This document shows positions 57,748 through 64,000 of a stretch of 64,000 nucleotides of DNA, piece after piece. The stretch covers positions 1,152,001-1,216,000 of the forward strand of contig OZ255836.1 of NCBI GenBank assembly GCA_965277715.1, read 5' to 3'. A program made the translations under genes and the position numbers. The DNA comes from Gammaproteobacteria bacterium (GTDB lineage Bacteria > Pseudomonadota > Gammaproteobacteria > JBCCGL01). Under the pieces are notes generated by a model. That model was not told the DNA's origin, made no database searches, and worked only from the letters and a program-made list of their open reading frames with translations. Every line of letters starts with the position of its first letter. Positions within the stretch are counted from its first letter, which is position 1.

Positions 57748-59202
57748 CTATTGCCAGGGCAGCGAAAAGGTTTTGACCGTGGTGTAACTTTTCATCGCTT
57801 CAATAACCCCTTCTTTATACCCCAAACCGGAATCCTTGACGCCACCAAACGGTGACATTTCAATGCGATACCCCGGCACTTCCCAAATATTCACCGTCCC
57901 TGTGCGCAGTTCATTAATAAATCGGATGATATGATCCATACGGTTGGTGCAAACACCAGAAGACAAACCAAATGCGGTGGAGTTGGCAACGCGAATCGCA
58001 TCGTCAATATCCTTGACGCGAATGATCGGGATCGGCGGGCCAAAGGTTTCTTCAACAACCAATTCACAATCAGCCGGTACATGGTCGAGTACTGTCGGTG
58101 AGTAGACGGCACCCTGGCGGTCGTTGCCATACAGTAGCGTCGCACCCTTTGCTATCGCATCATTAACCCGCGATTCAAATAGTATGGCCGCCTGCTCATT
58201 GATCACTGTGCCCACATCGGTGTCCGGGTCCATCGGGTTGCCGTATTTTAATTTAGCCGCTTTTTTGGCGACCAGCGCGGCAAATTCATCGCCCACCGAA
58301 TCGGCACACAATATGCGCTTCACCGCTGTGCAGCGCTGGCCGGAGTTCTTTGTCGCCCCGGCAACGGCCAGTTCTGCCGCTTTGTCGAGGTCGGCATCAT
58401 CCATGACGATCAGCGGGGCGTTCCCCCCCAGCTCCAGCACGGTGCGACGATAACCCGCCGTATTGGCGATATATTTACCCACCGGAACACCCCCGGTGAA
58501 GGTAATCAGTTCAATGTTCGGGTTGGTGATCATTTCGTCGCCAATGTCTTCCGGCAGGCCGGTGACAATCGATAACATTTCCGGCGGCAGGCCCGCCGCG
58601 TAAATAATATCCGCCAGCAATAGCGCCGTGAGCGGGGTCAGCTCGGTTGGCTTGCCTACCATGCAGTTGTTGGTGGCGATCGATGGCGCTATTTTGTGTG
58701 AAATCATATTCAACGGGTGGTTGAACGGGGTAATCGCCGATAGGGCTTTCAGGGGTTCGCGCTGGGTGAAAATTTTGCGCTGTTTACCGTGGGGGGTTAG
58801 GTCACAGGAAAATACCTCACCATCATCGAGAATGCACAATTGCCCCGCCAGGCTGAATACATCGAAGGCGCGCCCCACTTCGTAGATTGAATCTTTTTTT
58901 GATAAGCCACACTCGGCGGTAATCAAATCCGAGATTTCATCCCGGCGGGCAACCAAGGCCTCAGCGGTGCGCTGTAAGATTTGCTGCCGTTCATAGCGGC
59001 TTAAGGTGGGTGTGTAGTTGGCGGCAATGTCAAATGCCCCGGCAACTTGCGCACGGCTGGCGCGGGGCACGGTGCCTACCAGGCTGTTGTCGTAGGGGTT
59101 AAAAACCTCGACGCACTTGCCGGTTTCGCCATCGACCAATTTACCGGCGATGCGCATTTTTTCGTGGCGTACGGGGGTTACAGACTCACTCGCTGCACTC
59201 AT
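57748..59202 (-). CDS. phnY: Phosphonoacetaldehyde dehydrogenase
   Basis: ALDH motifs [23 protein letters not shown]; operon with phnW and phnA. Confidence 0.92.
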   Translation of the reverse strand: MSAASESVTPVRHEKMRIAGKLVDGETGKCVEVFNPYDNSLVGTVPRASRAQVAGAFDIAANYTPTLSRYERQQILQRTAEALVARRDEISDLITAECGLSKKDSIYEVGRAFDVFSLAGQLCILDDGEVFSCDLTPHGKQRKIFTQREPLKALSAITPFNHPLNMISHKIAPSIATNNCMVGKPTELTPLTALLLADIIYAAGLPPEMLSIVTGLPEDIGDEMITNPNIELITFTGGVPVGKYIANTAGYRRTVLELGGNAPLIVMDDADLDKAAELAVAGATKNSGQRCTAVKRILCADSVGDEFAALVAKKAAKLKYGNPMDPDTDVGTVINEQAAILFESRVNDAIAKGATLLYGNDRQGAVYSPTVLDHVPADCELVVEETFGPPIPIIRVKDIDDAIRVANSTAFGLSSGVCTNRMDHIIRFINELRTGTVNIWEVPGYRIEMSPFGGVKDSGLGYKEGVIEAMKSYTTVKTFSLPWQ

Positions 59203-59264
59203 TGTGTTGTCACTCCGATTGTCTCGTTATAGGTGGTGGGTCATTAGCGATCACCACCGTAAAT

Positions 59265-59309
59265 TAATTATTTTTCAGGTAATTATTTTCCAGGTAATTA
59301 TTTTTTAGG
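59265..59309. repeat. 15-bp tandem repeat x3
   Basis: TAATTATTTTTCAGG / TAATTATTTTCCAGG / TAATTATTTTTTAGG just after the phnA stop. Confidence 0.8.
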
Positions 59310-59316
59310 CAATTTC

Positions 59317-60564
59317 TTAGGCGACATGATTCAGTGCCAAATCGTATATATCAAAATTGCGCAGGCGGCGTGCGCTATCGACATTAACCAGGGGTTGGCT
59401 ACACACCAGCGGCACCACTTGCTCTGACGCGCCACCGTGCGAGCGCAACGGCACTTCAAGGCCCGATAGGTCGTGCCGGTCTTGCGTGGTGCCCAATACT
59501 TTCTGTTGTGCGCTAACGACAATCAAATCGCCCATGCGATCCTGTGCCAACTCATATTCCGCGCACCCCTCAGCGTTATCAAAAACAGATTCGATGCCAT
59601 CGATTGCCTTCAGGCTGGCTTTCACACTGTCGGCATCGACACTGTCCGGCAGGTATACCGTGGCAAACGAGCCCAGTGCGCCGTGGTGCACCACATAGGG
59701 GTCGGTGATAGGCAGAATCACCCGCGCCACACCCTTGCCGAGCAGCGTATCGAGTTGATCTTGTAGGTACAATACATCCGGCGCACCGTTGGTATCGTGT
59801 TTGGCGTTCATGCCGTGGTCAGCGGTCAGAGCCACCACCGCACCGAGGGCGTCGAGTTGCGCCCAATAGCTGTCCATCATGGCGTAAAAGGCATTGGCAC
59901 CTTCGCTGCCAGGGGCAAATTTATGTTGGATGTAGTCGGTGGTTGAGAGGTACATAATGTCCGGGCGCTGGGTTTCCATCAGTTTGACGCCCGCAGCGAA
60001 AATAAACTCTGACAGCGCCGCGCTGTAAACATCGGGCACTGCCATCCCAACCATCTCAACGACGTTTTCAATACCGTTATCTTGCAGGTTTGCCTGGTCA
60101 GATTTCTCCGAGGAGAAGCAAACCGCACCATCACTGCCATAGCGTAGCTGCTTACCCAGCAGGCGGCGCAGTTTGTCTTTGGCGGTAATAATCGCCACCT
60201 TGGCGCCCGCATCCTGAAAGGCTTTAAACAGTGTCGGCACGCGCAGTAATTCAGGCTCATTCATCATCACTTCCCGATCGTTTTCGCGGTCGTAGTAGAA
60301 GTTGCCACAAATACCGTGCACCACTGGCGGTACACCAGTGACGATGGAAAGGTTGTTAGGGTTGGTGAAGCTGGGCACCACACACTCCACCCGCAGATCG
60401 CTGCCCTGCCCGGCAATCACTTTTTCTGCCCAGGGCATTACCCCCGCTTTAACCGCTTCTTCGATATAACTTGGCTCTGAGCCATCGACACAAATAGCGA
60501 CCACGGGCCTTGACGGCCATTTGTAATCGCGGCCATTGACTGTTACGGATTTGCTTTCGCCCAT
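59317..60564 (-). CDS. phnA: Phosphonoacetate hydrolase
   Basis: CVDG, PSFTNPNN, TTDYIQHK, TADHGM, LRSHGG. Confidence 0.95.
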   Translation of the reverse strand: MGESKSVTVNGRDYKWPSRPVVAICVDGSEPSYIEEAVKAGVMPWAEKVIAGQGSDLRVECVVPSFTNPNNLSIVTGVPPVVHGICGNFYYDRENDREVMMNEPELLRVPTLFKAFQDAGAKVAIITAKDKLRRLLGKQLRYGSDGAVCFSSEKSDQANLQDNGIENVVEMVGMAVPDVYSAALSEFIFAAGVKLMETQRPDIMYLSTTDYIQHKFAPGSEGANAFYAMMDSYWAQLDALGAVVALTADHGMNAKHDTNGAPDVLYLQDQLDTLLGKGVARVILPITDPYVVHHGALGSFATVYLPDSVDADSVKASLKAIDGIESVFDNAEGCAEYELAQDRMGDLIVVSAQQKVLGTTQDRHDLSGLEVPLRSHGGASEQVVPLVCSQPLVNVDSARRLRNFDIYDLALNHVA

Positions 60565-60588
60565 TTTTACTCTCCAGAATTTAGACAA

Positions 60589-61722
60589 TTATGCTCGATC
60601 ATTTTTTATTGAGCGCCAGTACATAGATTGCTCAACCACCGCCAACAGACGCTGTACATCTTCGCCATAGACTTCGCCAATATTGCCGATACGGAAGGTA
60701 TCGGCACCCGATATCTTACCGGGATAAATAACAAAGCCCTGTTGTTTTAGGCGTTGGTAAAACGCCGTGAAGTTGTAAGCAGAGTGCTGCGGGCTATAAA
60801 AACTGGTAATGATGGGCGATTGGTTGGCACCGTCGAGCAATGTATCAAAACCCAACGCCCGCATACCGTCAACCAGTGCGCGCTGGTTATTATGATAACG
60901 CTGCGCCCGCGCCGCAATACCTCCTTCGGCCTCAAGTTCTTCCAACGCCTGTGCAAACGCACGCACCACATGCGTGGGCGAGGTGAAGCGCCATTTACCG
61001 CTGCCTTCCTGCATCACCTGCCATTGTTCGTATAGATCCAGGCTCAGGGAGCGCGCCCGGCCCTGTGTGCTGTGCATGGCCGCCTGGCGGGCGATGATAA
61101 ACCCAAAGCCCGGCACGCCTTGAATGCATTTGTTGGCGCTGCTGATAAGAAAGTCGGCCTGTAATTGCGCGGCATCCATCACCATACCGCCAAAACTGCT
61201 CATCGCATCAATGATATAGGTTTTACCGTGGGACTTAACGATCTCCCCGATGTCGCCAACCGGGTTGAGCATACCGGTAGTGGTTTCACAGTGCACGGCG
61301 GCAACGTGGGTTATATCATCATCAAAGTCGAGGGCAGAGCGCAGTTGATGTAAATCGGTGGGTGCCAGCTCACCGCTGTCATTAACCACCACAGGGATGC
61401 GCAAACAACGCGCCATTTGTGCAATGCGCTGACCGTAAGCGCCATTGGCCAATACCAATAATTTGCCGTTTTCAGGTATCGCCGAGCCGATAACTGACTC
61501 GACGCAAAAAGTGCCACTGCCCTGCATTAACACACACGTGTAGTCTTCACTGTCGGTCGCCAGGGTGACCAGTGTGCCGCGAATCGATTCGACAATGCTG
61601 TTGTAGTCGTTATCCCAGGTGCACCAGTCGCGCAGCATTTCTGCCTTGACTGTTTTACTGGTCGACAAGGGGCCGGGGGTGAGTAATAAATAGGGATTGT
61701 CGGGCAGTGTTTCAGGCTTCAC
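60589..61722 (-). CDS. phnW: 2-aminoethylphosphonate--pyruvate transaminase
   Basis: [33 protein letters not shown]. Confidence 0.96.
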   Translation of the reverse strand: MKPETLPDNPYLLLTPGPLSTSKTVKAEMLRDWCTWDNDYNSIVESIRGTLVTLATDSEDYTCVLMQGSGTFCVESVIGSAIPENGKLLVLANGAYGQRIAQMARCLRIPVVVNDSGELAPTDLHQLRSALDFDDDITHVAAVHCETTTGMLNPVGDIGEIVKSHGKTYIIDAMSSFGGMVMDAAQLQADFLISSANKCIQGVPGFGFIIARQAAMHSTQGRARSLSLDLYEQWQVMQEGSGKWRFTSPTHVVRAFAQALEELEAEGGIAARAQRYHNNQRALVDGMRALGFDTLLDGANQSPIITSFYSPQHSAYNFTAFYQRLKQQGFVIYPGKISGADTFRIGNIGEVYGEDVQRLLAVVEQSMYWRSIKNDRA

Positions 61723-61843
61723 TGGCTGGCTCCAGGTGTATTCCAGTTATGTTAAAGGGCGTTGAAAAATTACGGCGCTACTATAAAACCTTTATGACTT
61801 CCCTAAAAATCGATATTATCTATTTTTTTCATTGGTAAAATCG

Positions 61844-62698
61844 ATGAATAATTCACAGCTTCGCGCCTTTCATACGGTCGCCCACACGGGCAGTGTGACC
61901 AAGGCAGCGGATTATTTACACGTCACCCAGCCCACGGTATCCGACCATATCAAGGCATTGGAGACGCGCTATACGGTCAAATTGTTTGAACGGCGTGGCC
62001 GGGGCATTGCGCTGACCAGTCTGGGACATGCACTTTTTGCAATTACCCGCCGCAAGTTCAGCCTCGAAGCGGAGGCCGAGCAGTTGCTATCCTCGGCGCA
62101 GGGACTGACCAGCGGCACCCTGCGCGTCATCGCCGATGGGCCTTACTTGGTTTTGCCATTACTGGGAAAATTTCAACGCCACCACCCCAATATTGATTTG
62201 TCACTGCGGTTTGGCAATTCACACAAGGTACTGGAATCGCTGTTTGCACTGGAGGCAGATATCGCGATCCTGCCCGATGTAATCGACGACAAACGCCTGC
62301 ACATTGTGCCGTATAAGCAGGATCGATTGATGTGCATCGTCGAGCGCGGGCACGCTTTTACTAAGCGGCGCAGTATTCGCATCAATGAGTTTGCTGAACA
62401 GCGGCTGATCCTGCGCGAGCCAGGCTCACACACACGCCGATTGATCGACCACACCCTTAAACAGGCAGGGGTTCAATTACACAATACATTGGTTATCGGC
62501 AGCCGCGAGGGGGTGCGCGAGGCGGTTGCTAGTGGCTTGGGCATCGGGGTCGTATCGGAGAGTGAGATAGGCCAGGATCGCCGTATCCATGCACTCAGTA
62601 TTCGCGATGCCAATTTAAAGATCACCGAGTATTTCGTTTGCCTGAAAGAATCGCGCCCAACCCCCGTGGTGAAAGCGCTGTTTGATTTAATCGAATAA
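61844..62698 (+). CDS. LysR-family regulator, divergent from phnWAY
   Basis: LysR HTH SVTKAA...TQPTVS, REPGS. Confidence 0.9.
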   Translation: MNNSQLRAFHTVAHTGSVTKAADYLHVTQPTVSDHIKALETRYTVKLFERRGRGIALTSLGHALFAITRRKFSLEAEAEQLLSSAQGLTSGTLRVIADGPYLVLPLLGKFQRHHPNIDLSLRFGNSHKVLESLFALEADIAILPDVIDDKRLHIVPYKQDRLMCIVERGHAFTKRRSIRINEFAEQRLILREPGSHTRRLIDHTLKQAGVQLHNTLVIGSREGVREAVASGLGIGVVSESEIGQDRRIHALSIRDANLKITEYFVCLKESRPTPVVKALFDLIE

Positions 62699-62854
62699 AA
62701 ACAGCAGGCACACACCCGCAATAAACACAACCGCCCGCCAGGCGCGCATGGCCCGGTTAATCACGGCGTTTTACGCAAACGATATAGGCGAAGGGCGTCA
62801 GTTTATGAGAAGCTACCCTATCGAAACGTTACTATGATTGGGTAGAGCAAACAC

Positions 62855-63388
62855 ATGACACACGCTGTTAGCCAGGAACTGCTCGATGTAGTTGACATCG
62901 ACGATCACGTTATCGGGGTCAAAACACGCGGCGAGATCCACAGTGAAGGTCTGATGCACCGCGCAGTGCATATTTTGGTTTTCAATCAGCAGGGTGAGTT
63001 GTTTATCCAAAAGCGCTCCATGCTAAAAGATAACAACCCGGGGTTGTGGGACAGCTCCGCCGCCGGGCATGTCGATAGCGGCGAGGACTACGCTGGCTGC
63101 GCGCTACGCGAGCTCAATGAAGAACTGGGCATCACTGTCAACACCCCACTGTCAACGCTATTTCGGCTACCGCCAACAGCCATCACCGGCATGGAACACT
63201 GCATTGTCTACCACTGCTCACACAACGGCCCATTTGCCCTGCAAGCCGGGGAGATCGATGAGGGGCGGTGGGTCAGTGTCGATGAAATGGACCGGCGGGT
63301 CGCCGACAAAGACCCCAGCTTGACCGATGTTATACAGCTAATCTGGCGACAGTTTCGCCAGGAACATGGCCTAGACCCCATGTGTTAA
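62855..63388 (+). CDS. NUDIX hydrolase (Idi/YfcD-like)
   Basis: HRAVH, QKRS, Nudix box GHVDSGED...RELNEELG. Confidence 0.88.
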   Translation: MTHAVSQELLDVVDIDDHVIGVKTRGEIHSEGLMHRAVHILVFNQQGELFIQKRSMLKDNNPGLWDSSAAGHVDSGEDYAGCALRELNEELGITVNTPLSTLFRLPPTAITGMEHCIVYHCSHNGPFALQAGEIDEGRWVSVDEMDRRVADKDPSLTDVIQLIWRQFRQEHGLDPMC

Positions 63389-63418
63389 CTTGCACACCAG
63401 TAAATACATGGGGTTCAG
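63371..63418. repeat. 48-bp REP-like palindrome, copy 2
   Basis: CTAGACCCCATGT...ACATGGGGTTCAG; overlaps the NUDIX stop codon. Confidence 0.75.
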
Positions 63419-63557
63419 CGGCACTCAACTCAGAAACAAATTAGCACAATCAGTATTTTACTGTAGTATTGCTGGAAGAAGATCCCAATTGGTTAAGATA
63501 GAATTTATAGCGCAAAACCATATAGTGAGACTTACACAACCCCGGAGGAAATACCCG

Positions 63558-64000
63558 ATGATAAAAAAACTATTGAAAAAACAGGCCGCTATTGCCTGCA
63601 TCACCGCTGTTTCGGCACTGACCTTTGGTCAGCCCACCCTGGCGGCGACCGAGCTAACTGTTTACACCGCTGTTGAGGCCGAGGATCTGGCCCGTTACGC
63701 CGAATCGTTCAATGAGGATCACCCGGATATCAAAATCAAATGGGTGCGCGACTCAACCGGCATCGTCACCGCAAAGCTCCTGGCAGAAAAAAACAACCCA
63801 CAGGCAGATGTTGTTTGGGGCCTGGCCGCCACGTCACTGTTGTTGTTAAAAAGTGAAGGTATGCTGGAGCCTTATGCACCCAAAGGCGTCGAGGCGCTGG
63901 ACAAAAAATTTGTCGATAAAGGTGATGTACCCTCTTGGGTGGGAATGGACGCCTGGGTGGCCGCCATTTGCTACAACACCGTGGAGGCGGCCAAGCACAA
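63558..64000 (+). CDS. 2-aminoethylphosphonate ABC transporter substrate-binding protein (AepX/PhnS2-like), partial
   Basis: GGAGG RBS and signal peptide; LTVYTAVE...[32 protein letters not shown]; runs off the window end. Confidence 0.85.
   Translation, partial: MIKKLLKKQAAIACITAVSALTFGQPTLAATELTVYTAVEAEDLARYAESFNEDHPDIKIKWVRDSTGIVTAKLLAEKNNPQADVVWGLAATSLLLLKSEGMLEPYAPKGVEALDKKFVDKGDVPSWVGMDAWVAAICYNTVEAAKH

Overview
The window looks gammaproteobacterial and has three parts. (1) Positions 1 to about 31.6 kb are a defence island lying 3' of a tRNA-Ser(GGA). It holds a Wadjet operon (jetABCD) with a fifth downstream gene. Divergent from that is a WYL regulator leading a SNF2 helicase, DUF4391, type III mod, res (in-frame amber stop), mrr and a ~1,920-aa nuclease-STAND (Avs-like) gene. 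Next come nested, decayed IS66, IS3 and Y1-transposase elements around an ABC-ATPase/DUF4276 pair. (2) About 32.3-48.9 kb is core genome: rluB, moaB, djlA, truD, acpS, ygfX-sdhE-sdhBADC-DUF1674, ygfZ, rraA, an HtrA-like protease, lysS and prfB with its programmed frameshift. (3) About 49-55 kb is a second accessory islet, followed by a DUF1611/PLP-racemase pair and phnWAY 2-aminoethylphosphonate catabolism genes. The best candidate for an undescribed system is in that islet. A KAP-family NTPase is translationally coupled to a WD40 protein with 13 near-identical 123-bp repeats that vary mainly at two surface cassettes, like a split fungal HET-E-type immune receptor. A Schlafen/AlbA_2 gene and a PIN-like remnant lie upstream. 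All family assignments come from motif recognition by eye; no searches were run.
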